This document shows positions 37,324 through 48,920 of a stretch of DNA of 64,000 nt, piece by piece. How positions within the stretch are numbered: position 1 is the stretch's first letter; each line of letters opens with the position of its first letter. The notes beneath the pieces were generated by a model, which was given only the letters and a program-made list of their open reading frames with translations, was not told where the DNA came from and did not search any database. The position numbers and the translations under genes were made by a program. Source of the stretch: Felis catus (taxonomy: Eukaryota); the NCBI RefSeq assembly GCF_018350175.1, contig NC_058368.1, forward strand, positions 36,334,001-36,398,000. Reading direction: 5' to 3'.

Positions 37324-37606
37324 TGTTTTTGGTTTTTTAATCAAACTTATTTTAGCAAACAAATCAAAGCACCCCCTACTTAAAGGTCCAAACATTTGCC
37401 ACTGCAAGCAAGGAGGAACTCTAAAGAGGACTGACTTGGGGGGAAAAACAGCCATAACAGCAGAGTGCACACAGCATACAGCAGAAACACTCTCTGAAGT
37501 GGTAGGCCCTGGACAGTGTAGGACCCATTCTTAATATAGCATTACTCTCAGGAGTAGGAAATATAACAAGCTTTAGTAATATGCAAAAGACAGAAACCTA
37601 AACAAA

Positions 37607-38498
37607 ATGACAAGACAGAGGAATTCTCACCAAAAGAAAGATCAATAAGAAATCACAGTCAGGGATTTACTAAAAAAAGAAATAAAAAGAAATAAGCAAT
37701 ATATCTAAACAAGAATTTAGAACAACAGTCATAAGAATGGGGTGGAAAGAAGCATAGAAGACACCAGAGAAGATCTTGCTGCAGAGATAAAAGACCTAAA
37801 AAGTAGGCTAAAATAAAAAATGCTATAACTCAGATGCAAAACTGACTGGCTGTAATGACTACAAGGATGGAAAAAGGCAAAGGAATGAATAAGTTATATA
37901 GAAACTAAAATTATGGAAAATAAGGAAACTGAAAAGAAGAGGGAAAGAAAACTATTAGATCACAAATATAGACAGGAAATTCAGCGATTCCATAAAGTGT
38001 AATAATATCCGTATCATTAAGAGTCCCAGAAAAAGGAGAGCAGAATAAGACAGAAGAAGGTTTATTTGAACAAATTGTAGCTGAGAACTTCCCTAATCTG
38101 GGGAAGGAAGCAGGAATTCAGGTCTAAGAGGCACAGGGAACTCCCCTCAAAATCAACAAAAACAGGTCAGCACCAAGACATATCATAGTGAAACTTGCAA
38201 AAATACAAAGATAAAGAGAGAATTCTGAAAGCAGTTAGGAATAAAAGGTCCCTAACCTACAAGGGTACATGCATAAGGTTAGCAGCAGACCTGTCCACAG
38301 AAACCTGGCAGGCCAGAAGGGAGTGGCATGATATATTCAACATGCTAAATGAGAAAAATGTGCAGCTAAGAATACTTTATCCAGCAAGGATGTCATTCAG
38401 AATAGAAGGAGACAAAGGATTTCTAAGACAAGCAAAAACTAAAGGAGTTTGTGAACACTAAACCACCTCTGCAAGAAATATTAAAGGGGACCCTTTGA
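37607..38498 (+). pseudogene. L1 ORF1 remnant (disrupted)
   Basis: Starts MTRQRNSHQKKDQ. Contains AENFPNLGKE and KDKERILKAVR...IRLAADLSTETWQARREWHDIF...RILYPARMSFRIEG. Contains stops and frameshifts. Confidence 0.9.
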
Positions 38499-39585
38499 GT
38501 GGGAGAGACCAAAAGCAGCAAAGGCTAGAAAGGAACAGACAATCCACAGGACCAGCAACTATGCAGGTAATATAATGGCACCAAATTCATATCTATCTAT
38601 CTATATATCTATCAATAATTACTCTGAATGTAAATGAACTAAATGCTCCAATTAGAAGACATAGGGTATCAGGATGGGAAAAAACAAAACAAAACAAGAC
38701 TCCAACATAGTACTTACAAGAGACTCATTTTAGACACAAAGTCACCTCCAGATTGAAGGTGAGAGGGTGGAGAACCATTTATCATGCTCATGGCCACAAA
38801 AGAAAGCTGGAGTAGCCATACTTGTATCAGACAAACTAGATTTTAAACCAAAGACTGTAATAAGAGATGAAGAAAGGCACTATATCATAATAAAGGGGTC
38901 TATCCAACAAGAAGATCTAACAATTATAAATATTTTTGCCCCCAATATGAAAGATGCTAAATATATAAATCAATTAATAACAATCTTAAAGAAACTCATT
39001 GATAATAATACAATAATTGCAGGGAACTTTAAAACCCCATTTACAACAATGGACAGATTATCTAAGCAGAAAATCAATAAGGAAACAATGGCTTTGAATG
39101 ACACACAGGACCAGATGGATGTAGCAGCTATTTTAGAGCATTTCATCCTAAAGCAGCAGAATACAATTCTCTTCAAGTGCACGTGGATACTCTCCAGAAT
39201 AGATCACAAAGTAGGTCACAAATCAGGCCTCAATCAGTACAAAAAGATTGAGATCATACCATACGTATTTTCAGACCACAATGGTATGAAACTTGAAGTC
39301 AACAACAAGAAAAAATTTGGAAGGACTACAAATACATGGAGGTTAAAGAACATCCTATTAAAGAATGAATGGGTTAACCAGGAAATTAAAAAAAGAAATA
39401 AAAAAAAATACATGGACACAAATGAAAATGAAAACACGGTGGTCCAAAACCTTTGGGATGCAGCAAAGGAGGTCATAAGAGGGAAGTTTATAGCAAATAC
39501 AGGCTTTCCTCAAGAAGCAAGAAAAGTCTCAAATACACAACCTAACCTTACACCTGAAGCAGCTGGAAAAAGATGAACAAATAAA

Positions 39586-39735
39586 GGAGCACCTGGGTTG
39601 CTCAGTTCATTATGCATCTGACCCTTGATTTTGGCAGAGGTCATGATCTCATGGTTTGTGAGTTTGAGCCCAAGGTGGGCTGTGTGCTGACAGTGCAGAG
39701 CCTGCTTGAGATTCTCTCTTTCTCTCTCTTTCTCT

Positions 39736-39770
<35 letters not shown>

Positions 39771-39808
39771 TTTTCTCTCTCTCTCAAAATAAATAAATGT
39801 ACATTAAA
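39586..39808 (+). mobile_element. Can-SINE in L1 ORF2
   Basis: Has the GGAGCACCTGGGTTGCTCAG head, (CT)n and tail. TSD AAAAAGATGAACAAATAAA / AAAAAGAACAGCAAATAAA. Confidence 0.93.
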
Positions 39809-39907
39809 AAAAAGAACAGCAAATAAAGCTTAGGACCAGCAGAAGACAGGAAATAACAAAGATTAGAGCAGAAATAAATGATATAGAAATAAAAACACAG
39901 TAGAACA

Positions 39908-40145
39908 GGGACGCCTGGGTTGCTCAGTCAGTTACACATCCAATTCTTGATCTCAGCTCAGGTCATGATCTCACGGTTTGTAGGATCAAGGCCCACATGG
40001 GGTTCTGTGCTGAAGCCTGTTTGGTATCTATCTCTCTCCATCTCTCTTTTCCCCTCCCCTGCTTGTGCTCTCACTCTCTCTCAAAATGAACAAATCAAAC
40101 ATTAAAAACAACAACAACAATAACAACAACAACAACAACAACAAC
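39908..40145 (+). mobile_element. Can-SINE in L1 ORF2 with an (AAC)n tail
   Basis: Has the GGGACGCCTGGGTTGCTCAG head. TSD AACACAGTAGAACAG / AACATAGTAGAACAG. Confidence 0.93.
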
Positions 40146-40317
40146 AACATAGTAGAACAGATCAATGGAACTAGGAGCTGGTTCTTTGAAAGAATTAACA
40201 AAATTGATAAACCCTTAGCCAGACTTATCAAAGAGAAAAGAGAAAGGAACCAAATAAATAAAATCATGAATGAAAGAGGAGAGATCACAACCAACACCAC
40301 AAAAATGCAAACAATTA

Positions 40318-40523
40318 GGGGCACCTGGGTGGCTCAGTCGGTTAAGTGTCTGACTTGGGCTCAGGTCATCTCGTGGTTCGTGAGATGGAGCCCTGTGTTG
40401 GGTTCTGTGCTGACAGCTCAGAGCCTGAAGCCTGCTTCAGATTCTGTGTCTCTCCATCTCTTGGCCCCTCTCCTGCTTGTGCTCTGTGTCTCTCTGTCTC
40501 TCAATAATAAATAAATGTTTAAA
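40318..40523 (+). mobile_element. Can-SINE in L1 ORF2
   Basis: Has the GGGGCACCTGGGTGGCTCAGTCGGTTAAG head. Perfect TSD AAAAATGCAAACAATTAG. Confidence 0.96.
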
Positions 40524-41907
40524 AAAAATGCAAACAATTAGAAAAGAATATTATGAACAATTATACGCCAACAAATTGGGCAATCTGGAAGAAATGGATA
40601 CATTCCTAGAAAACTGTAAACAACCAAAACTGAAACAGGAAGAAATAGGAAATTTGAACAGACTTATATCCAGCAAAGAAATTGAATCAGTAATCAAAAA
40701 TCTCCCAACCTACAAGGTCCAAGGCCAGATGGCTTCCCAGAGGAATACTACCAAACATTTAAAGAATAGTTAATATCTATTGTTCTCAAACTATTCCAAA
40801 AAATAGAAATTGAAGGAAAACTTCTAAACTCTTTCTATGAGGCCAGCATTACCTTGATTCCAAAATCAAAGACCCCACTAAAAAGGAGAATTACAGACAA
40901 ATATCCCTGATGAACATAGGTGCAAAAATTCTCAACAAGATAGTAGCAAATTGAATTCAACAGTACATTAAGAGAATTATTCACCATGATTAAGTAGGAT
41001 TTATTCCTGGGCTGCAAGGGTGGTTCAATATCTGCACATCAATTAAAAATGAGACACCACATTAATAAAACAAATGATAAGAACCATATGATCCTCTCAA
41101 TAGATTCAGAAAAAGCATTTAACAAAATAGAGCATTCTTTCTTGATAAAAACCCTCAAGAAAGTATGGATAGAAGGAACATACCTCAACGTCATAAAGAC
41201 CATATATGAAAGACCCACAGCTAATATCATCCTCAGTGGGGAAAAACTGAGAGCTTTTCCCTTAAGATCAGGAACACAACAGAGACATCTGCTCTCACCA
41301 TTGTTGTTCAGCATAGTACTGGAAGTCCAAGCCTCAGCAATCAGACAACAAAAAGAAATAAAAGGCATCCAAATTGGCAAGAAAGCAGTCAAACTTTCAC
41401 ACTTTGCAGGCAACATGATACTCTATGGAGTAAACCCCGAAAGACTCCATCAAAAAATTGCTAGAACTGATACATGACTTCAGCAAAGTCATAGGATATA
41501 AAATCAATGTACAGAAATCAGTTACATTTCTATACACCAATAATGAAGCAGCAGAAAGAGAAATCAAGGAATTGTTCCCATTTACAATTACACCAAAAGC
41601 TATAAAACACCTAGGAATAAACCTAACCAAAGAGGTAAAAGTTCAGTACGCTGAAAACTATAGAACCCTTGTGAAAAAAACTGAAGAAGACAAAAAGAAA
41701 TGGAAACACATTCCATGCTCATGGATTGGAAGAGCAAACATTGTTAAAATGTCAACACTACCCAAAGCAATCTACACATTCAACGCAATCCCTATCAGAA
41801 TACCACCAGTATTTTTCACAAAGCCAGAACAAATAATTCTAAAATTTGTATGGAACCACAAAGACTCCAAATAGCCAAGGTAATGTTGAAAAAGAAAAGG
41901 AAATCAA

Positions 41908-42069
41908 GGGACACCTTGGGGCTTAGTTGGTTAAGCATCCAACTCTTCATTTTGGCTCAAGTCATGATCTCGTAGTTCTTGAGATCGAGCCCCATGGGAT
42001 TCTCTCTCTTCCTCTCTTTCTGCACCTTCCCTTCACTCACTCTCTCAAAATAAATAAATAAACTTTAAA
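41908..42069 (+). mobile_element. Internally deleted Can-SINE in L1 ORF2
   Basis: Has the GGGACACCTTGGGGCTTAGTTGGTTAAG head, a short body and an AATAAA tail. Degenerate TSD AAAAGAAAAGGAAATCA / AAAAGAAAATAAAAGCA. Confidence 0.9.
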
Positions 42070-43146
42070 AAAAGAAAATAAAAGCAGTAGGCATGACAGT
42101 TCTGGACTTCAAGCTGTATTACAAAGCTATAGTCATCAAGACAGTATGGTACTGGCACAAAAACAGACACATAGATCAATGGAACAGAATAGAAAACCCA
42201 GAAATGGACCCACAGCTATATGGTCAACTAATCTTCGACAAAGCAGAAAAGAATATCCTGCAAAAAAGACAGTATCTTCAACAAATCGTATTGGGAAAGC
42301 TGGACAATGACATGCAGCAGAATGACACTGGACTACTTTCTTATAACATACACAAAAATAAATTCAAAATGGATGAAAGACCTAAATGTGAGACAGGAAA
42401 CCATCAAAGTTCTATACAACACCAGCAGCAACCTGTCTGACCTTGGCTGGAGCAACTTCTTACTAGACACATAGCCAGAGGCAAGAGAAACAAAAGCAAA
42501 CATGAACTATTGGGACTTCATCAAGATAAAAAGCTTCTGCACTGTGAAGAAAACAATTGAAAAACTAAAAGGCAACCAACAGAATGGGAGAAGATATTTG
42601 CAAATGACATATCAGATAAAGGGCTAGTATCCAAAATCTATAAAGAACTTAACAAACTCAACACCCCAAAAGATAAATAATCCAGTTAAGAAATAGACAG
42701 AAGACATGAACAGACATTTCTCCAAAGAAGACATCCAGATGGCTAACAGACCCATGAAAAATGCTCAACATCACTCATCATCTGGGAATTACAAATCAAA
42801 ATCACAATGAGATACCACCTTAAACCTGTCAGAATAGCTAAAATTAATTTAGGAAACGAGGGATGTTGGGAAGAATGCACAGAAAAGGAAACATTCACAC
42901 GCTGTTAGTGGGAATGTAAACTGGTGCTGCCACTCTGGAAAACAGTGTGGAGGTTCCTCAGAAAGTTAAAAATAGAACTACCTTCTGACCCAACAATTGC
43001 ACTACTAGGTATTTATCCAAAGGAGAAAAATATTGATTCAAAGGTGCACATGCAGCCCAATGTTTATAGCATATAGCAGCATTATCAGCAAGAGCTAAAT
43101 TATGGAAAAAGCCAATTTCCATTGATGGATAAAATGGATAAATGGA

Positions 43147-43180
<34 letters not shown>

Positions 43181-43239
43181 GTATATATATATGTATATAT
43201 ATGTATATATATATATATGTATATGTGTATATATATATA

Positions 43240-43277
<38 letters not shown>
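43147..43277. repeat. Compound (TA)n/(TG) microsatellite
   Basis: Seen directly: about 130 nt of alternating purine-pyrimidine sequence. Confidence 0.95.
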
Positions 43278-46200
43278 ATGGAATATTACTCAGCCATCAA
43301 AAACAATGAAATCTTGCCATTTGCAATTACATGGATGGAGCTAGAGTATATTATGCTAAGTGAAAAAGTGAAAAAAGTCAGTCAGGGAAAGACAAATACT
43401 GTATGATTTCACCCATATGTGGAATTTAAGAAACAAAACAGATGAACATAGGGGAAGGGAAGGAAAAATAAATTAGATAAAAACAGAGAGGGAGGCAAAC
43501 CATAAGAGACTCTTAACTATAGAGAGCAAACTGAGGGTTGCTGGAGGGGTGTTAGGTGGGGTGATGGGTCAAATGGATGATGGGTACTAAGGAGGGCACT
43601 TGTGATGGGCACTGGGTGTTATATGTAAGTGATGAATCACTAAATTCTACTCTTGAAACTCATACTATAGTATATATTAACTAACTTGAATTTAAATAAA
43701 AACTTGGAAGAAAAAATATACACAATAAAAAAAAATCATGACACTTAAAGAATGGTAAGGTAAACGTTATTCAGGGGGATTATCACAATAGGTGTGGAGA
43801 CCACTGTAGTGGGGTCTTGCCATGGAGGAGAGAGATTGGCTCAACTCCAATTACAGACAGGAAAAGTGAGAATTGAGAGTCAAGGAGCAGGGTGGGGGTC
43901 AGTAGATGGAAAATTACTAAGAGGAAACATTCTGGCTAAACCAACCTAACAGGATCCCTGCAGGCTAAGGATATCGGAGGTCCCTTGGGAGATGGTGGAA
44001 AATGAGATTAGCTATTGAGGGTGACAAGTATGGAGGATGAGAGTGTCTGGCTAAAGTGACTTAGCAGGATTCTTGCTGAAATTGGACAATGCAGACATGA
44101 ACGCAGAAGCCCAAAAGTCGAGACCTAATTGAAAAGAGCTCAGAGAAAAAGCCCTATTAGAGTTTGGGCCAAGGACAGAAACTTTGTCAATCATTAACAT
44201 GTGAAAAGATGCTTATTATGGCTAATCAGATAGGTGAGCTTTGTTGGATGATACTCAAACTTTTCTTTATCTGACAACTTTTTTGGTAAAAAGGAAGGGA
44301 CAAGATCTTGAAGTTGTTTCCTGGCACATGTGAAGAGTAGAGCAAACTGACTTCACCCTCAGACAGCTTCCTTTGGAACCCTGTAGTAATTAGAGTAGAG
44401 ATGGCAGGCATTTTCTCCAGAAGATTATCTTCAGAGATGAAGATATTTAGTAGGAACTAAGGTTTCATAATGATGTTACTGCTAAGAGACAGCCTCATGC
44501 CTAGGGCCCTGGAAATGACTGCTCTTAATCTGACGAGAAGCAGTTTTTGCAATCATGTATAGCCTGGGACAATTGGAGATTAACGCATCAGTTTTCAACC
44601 AGAGCAAAACACAAAAAGTTGCTATGTGTCTTTAGCAACTTAATGGAGAATATGTCTGAGAGAAAGTGGGGAAGTCACATCAACCACTAGTGGATAATCT
44701 GACAGTCATGTGAAAGAGTTAGGATTCTAGACTGCGATCTTTTACATCTTTGGGAAAAGATGTAAAAAAAAAAAAAGTTTCACATATCTTGGGGTTAATC
44801 CCAGTCCTGGATCTGTGACAATGACTAATGTTTCATTTGGTTTTGCTTTTAATTTTAGCTCCCCCACCTGCCCCTGCCTGCCCCACTCTCAGAAGATAAT
44901 CTTGCCTTCCAATTAATCAAGAAAATTGAGGCCGTTGAGCATGACCTTTCTTAAATCCTGACCCCCCCTATTTACAAACTGTTTGTGTTTGCCCCTGCAC
45001 TCCGTCCCTTTCCCCTGGTCTCAGAGGCCCAGCTGCTCCCTTCTTTTTAGACCACCACCTGTCTCTTGAGCCCGTCACTTTCTGCCTTTTTCAGGACCTT
45101 GTTCCATCTTTCCACGACCTTCCCAGGATTCAAAATCTATGCAGAAATTTCTATGCTAAACTCAGGATTCGGGAAAAAAAATATGTTCTCCTTCCATTTT
45201 GGTTAGCATTTTCCCTTCTATTATTCTATACTAGATTGATATTTAAATTCCCTTCCTTAGTCAGGGCCAAAGATACATTGAGAGTGGCTGAAATGCATAC
45301 AGATGCTCACATCACATTGATAACTTCTTTTTGAAACATTTTTATAATGCGCACAAATTTGGTACCTATGTAAAAAGCAATTAGAAACAATCTTTTCTAT
45401 ATTTGAAAAGCATAATTCAACTCAAATCCCCTCTTGATTCAGGAGGTGGTTTTATCTTATTTAAACACCTGGTTTTTATAATAGGGCACATGTGCTCTTA
45501 TATGCTGGTGTTTTGATCATTCACACTAATTACACTGGACTAATTTCTGTGTGAAGCATTTTTTAATGTGCATCTTTCCGCATTTTTAACAGAAGTATGG
45601 TTGTTAATAAAATATAGTATTTAATTAAAACAATTCTGTAGAAAAAAAGTGAGCTTGTTATTCTCTCTAGCATCATGTTACATCTATACCAAATAAGCTT
45701 TGTATAGTTTTTGGCCATAACCTTTTTCCCCCCCTTTCCATGTTGCCTGGGACCTACTGGCGATGTGACCACTAATGATAAATAATAATACTAGTGACAA
45801 CAAAATTAATATTAATAAAGTGTTTCACCAACTGCAGAGTTCATCACAACATTATCCTACGTCATCCTTTCAATGCCAAGTGGCCTATACAGCAGGTGTC
45901 GTAAGCTCCTTCCCACAGAGAAGTAGACTGAACTTACAAATATTAAGTGACAGAGCTGGAAAGAGACAAAATTAAATGTAAAACCATATCATTTGGCATT
46001 TGGAAGAGTCATTAACAGTAATTATGACAAAACACCTGGCTTGATACCAATATTTATGCATAAATACAAATATTTTTAAATGGGTTGTGAGGTGATAGAT
46101 CTGTTTCTGGTAGAATTCAAACAAAGAGTTAAATATGCTCCTTGATTGCCACGTTTGTTTCAAAATGTGATATAGGATAATAAATGATTTCTTTCATCAT

Positions 46201-47399
46201 TTTTATTAGTTATTTTCTTCCCCTGTGGTTATTTTTCTTTGTGCTATTTGCCTGGTATTTTCCCAAATACACGGTCAGTGTTTGGGAAAGGCTTTAAGTT
46301 TCTCTGTTTTGGTTTCTGTTAACGCATCTCCTTGAAACTTCTAGAAGAGAAACTCAGGCCCCAGCATATCCTTAATTGCCAGTGACTACCTATTTTTCAG
46401 TCAAAATGAGACCATGCTTTTCCAAAATTGTTTCTTCAGAGAATGAGCTTCTGAACCACGACACCTACTCGCCTTTCCTACCTACGCATTTGAACATGAA
46501 GGCTAAAATTCATTTATGCTTTTGATAATGTTACTGGTTTTTGCGCATCATCCCTGGGTTTTCTGTCACACGCCCTCCCTGCCTCCTTCAGTGAGCTTGT
46601 ATTCCATCATCTTACATTTTCATAATATTTGTGAACAGACCCTTTATTCAGTCCTCAGCTTTAGCTTTCTTTCTTATTGTGCCAGGTCTTTGAAGTTCGG
46701 GCTGTAAACTTTGTCATCCTCTCTCTCTATTCTGTATCTTGTGCCTCTGATACTCGTTATTCTTATCTCTGATTACTTCCCTCAGGTCCTATTTACTCAC
46801 AGTGGCCCCTTTCCACTCCCAGGGCACCTACTGTTAGATCATTCACAGAACCCTGGGATAGCGAGTAATTGCTTCCTGAACACTTTCCATTTCTTTTTCC
46901 TATCTGCTTTCTCATCCTACTGTATTGTACTCAACATGGTCTCCATTTTTCAAACTGCTTTTCTCCTTTTTTCAGATTAACTTACCCTAATCATTAAAAT
47001 TATTTGAAATGACTGTATCATGCCATCTCTATAACTCAGACCCAACATGTGGACGTCTTTAGTCTTCTTTTTGTACTTAAGAACTGCTCCACACCCCTTA
47101 TTCTGATAGTTCTTTGTTTCGTATGCTAAAAATATTTAAATGTAACCTGCCCAGATTTTTTTTTAACAGACCAAAGATAGACTGAACTTTTCCTTTGCAT
47201 TACTTTCAGAAAATGATTTACACAAACCAAAACCCTAGTGTATATAGGATTGAGGGAGCATATTTAAACTCTTTGAAATATACCATACATTTGATGACAA
47301 TTATATCATTTAATAAACTATAAATGAGTTATTTATTATTAACCAAAACAATTAAGTTAGAACCTTTACTAGGTAATTGGTTCAAAAATATACATTTTA

Positions 47400-47590
47400 G
47401 GAGTGCCCGGGTGGCTCATACTGTAAAGCATCCGACTCTTCATTTCAGCTCAGGTCATGATCTCACAGTTCGTGGGTTCGAGCCCTGCATTGGGCTCCCT
47501 GCTGACAGTGTGGAGCTTGCTCAGGATTCTCTCTCTCTCCCTCTCTCTCTGCCCCTCTCCCCCTCAAAATAAATAAATGAACTTTAAAAC
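47400..47590 (+). mobile_element. Can-SINE
   Basis: Has the GGAGTGCCCGGGTGGCTCA head, the B-box-like GGGTTCGAGCCC, a CT tract and an AATAAA tail. Confidence 0.93.
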
Positions 47591-47879
47591 AAATATATAT
47601 ATTTTAAAAAACATTGTACTATTTACATTTTATTCATTTAAAAAGAACTTCCCCTAAGTTTGCTCTAGAGAGGGCTTGCTTCTTTTAAGAATGTTTCTGC
47701 AGAAGTTTTTTTGTTCATAATATATTTGCCATTGGGTTCCCTTTTTTCTGTTTCCTGGTTTCATCACATGTTCATTGACATCAAATTCTGACTACCCGAT
47801 GCTTCCTGACCATATTTTTCTGAGCTACAATTTCAGTGGCCTCAGTTTTCATTCCTTAACTTTTTTTGGGGGGGGAAGC

Positions 47880-48545
47880 CTTTTTTTTCTTTTCTTTTCC
47901 TTTCTTTTCTTTTCTTTTCTTTCTTTTCTCTTTTCTCTTTTCTTTCTTTTTCTTTTCTGAGGTGAAATTCACACATTACATTAACCTCTTTAAAGTGAAC
48001 ATTTCAGTGGCATTTAGAAAATTCACCACATTGGAAACCACCACCTTTATCTAGTTCCAAGACATTTTCACCATCCTGTGTACATTAAGCATTTGCTTCT
48101 CATTCCCAGCCCCTGGAAACCACCAGTCCACATCTGTTTTTATGGATGGACCATAAAATATATATCCAATATTCTATGGATATTTCATATAGATGGGATC
48201 ATACAATATGTGACCTCTTGTTTCTGGCTTTTGTAATAGCATAAAGTTTTCAAGGTTTTTCCATCCACATTGTAGCATGAATCAGTACTTTATTCCTTTT
48301 TATAGCTGAATAATATTCCACCATGTTTATATACTACAATTTGTTTATCCATTCATCCACTGATGGACATTGGAGCTATTTCCACCTTTTGGCTATTAGA
48401 AATAGTGCTGATATGAACACGCATGTACATGTATTTTTGGAGTACCTGTTTTCAGTTCTTTTGGGTAGATATCAGGAAGCAGAATTCCTATGTGATACAG
48501 TAATTCTATGTTTGACTTTTGCAGAAGCTGCCAACCTTTTTTCTC
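47880..48545 (-). mobile_element. L1MB-like 3' fragment with a (TTTTC)n tail
   Basis: Contains tgaggtgaaattcaca...aaagtgaacatttcagtggcatttag...tctagttccaagacattttca and tttgtttatccattcatccactgatggacatt. Confidence 0.85.
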
Positions 48546-48720
48546 CTTAACTTTTTAAGGTTCTCTTCAACATGAAAACTAAAGTTTTAGACACTATATC
48601 CTGAAAGTCAGCATTTCTTGAATTGCACCCAGAGTTTATTTTTTTGAATCAAACTCATTAATTACTAGATTAATTGTATCCGTCTCTTTGAACAATATGA
48701 GCTTCAAGAAAGGTATTCTC

Positions 48721-48920
48721 AGGGTGCCTTGGTGGCACAGTCAAAGTGTCTGACTCTCGATCTCTGCTCAGGTCATGATCTCATGGTTTATGAGATCGAG
48801 CCCCCAGTCGGGCTCTGTGCGGACAGTGCAGAGCCTGCTTGAGATTCTCTCTCCCTCCCTCTCTGCCCCTCTCCCCCAAGCACTGTCTCTCTCAAATAAA
48901 TAAATAAATAAATATTTTTT
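48721..48920 (+). mobile_element. Can-SINE
   Basis: Has the AGGGTGCCTTGGTGGCACAGTC head, gctcaggtcatgatctc and a (TAAA)n tail. Degenerate TSD. Confidence 0.93.

Larger units (their letters stand above)
38575..43405 (+). pseudogene. L1 ORF2 remnant (endonuclease and RT, disrupted)
   Basis: EN peptides KKAGVAILVSDKLDFKPK and SRIDH...FSDHNGMKLE; RT peptides KNHMILSIDSEKAFNKIEH and RSGTQQRHLLSPLLFSIVLEV. FADD is decayed to FAGN and GDFN to GNFK. Four SINEs interrupt it. Confidence 0.93.
35599..43726 (+). mobile_element. Full-length, inactive carnivore/felid LINE-1
   Basis: Has a 5'UTR starting gagagga...aagatggcagag, ORF1 and ORF2 remnants, a 3'UTR and an A tail. TSD AAAAAAAAATTCATGATA (35581-35598) / AAAAAAAAATCATGACA (43727-43743). 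Contains five SINE insertions. Confidence 0.96.
35569..44189 (-). mobile_element. MER31-like ERV1 solo LTR split by the full-length L1 (pieces about 35569-35598 and 43727-44189)
   Basis: The minus strand starts TGACAAAGTTTCTGTCCTTGGCCCAAACTCTAATAGGGC. Body reads agagagattggctcaactcc...caaggagcagggtgggggtcagtagatggaaaattactaagaggaaacat...tagcaggattcttgct. Confidence 0.75.

Noticed and set aside
38767..42440. Longest ORFs (269, 142, 138 and 115 aa) as a functional gene or active L1
   Set aside because: They are pieces of one L1 ORF2 broken by frameshifts, stops and four SINEs, with decayed catalytic motifs (FAGN, GNFK).
30561..43406. Low-complexity ORFs (EGRK repeats, poly-N, YI repeats, FLSF repeats)
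   Set aside because: They are translations of microsatellites.
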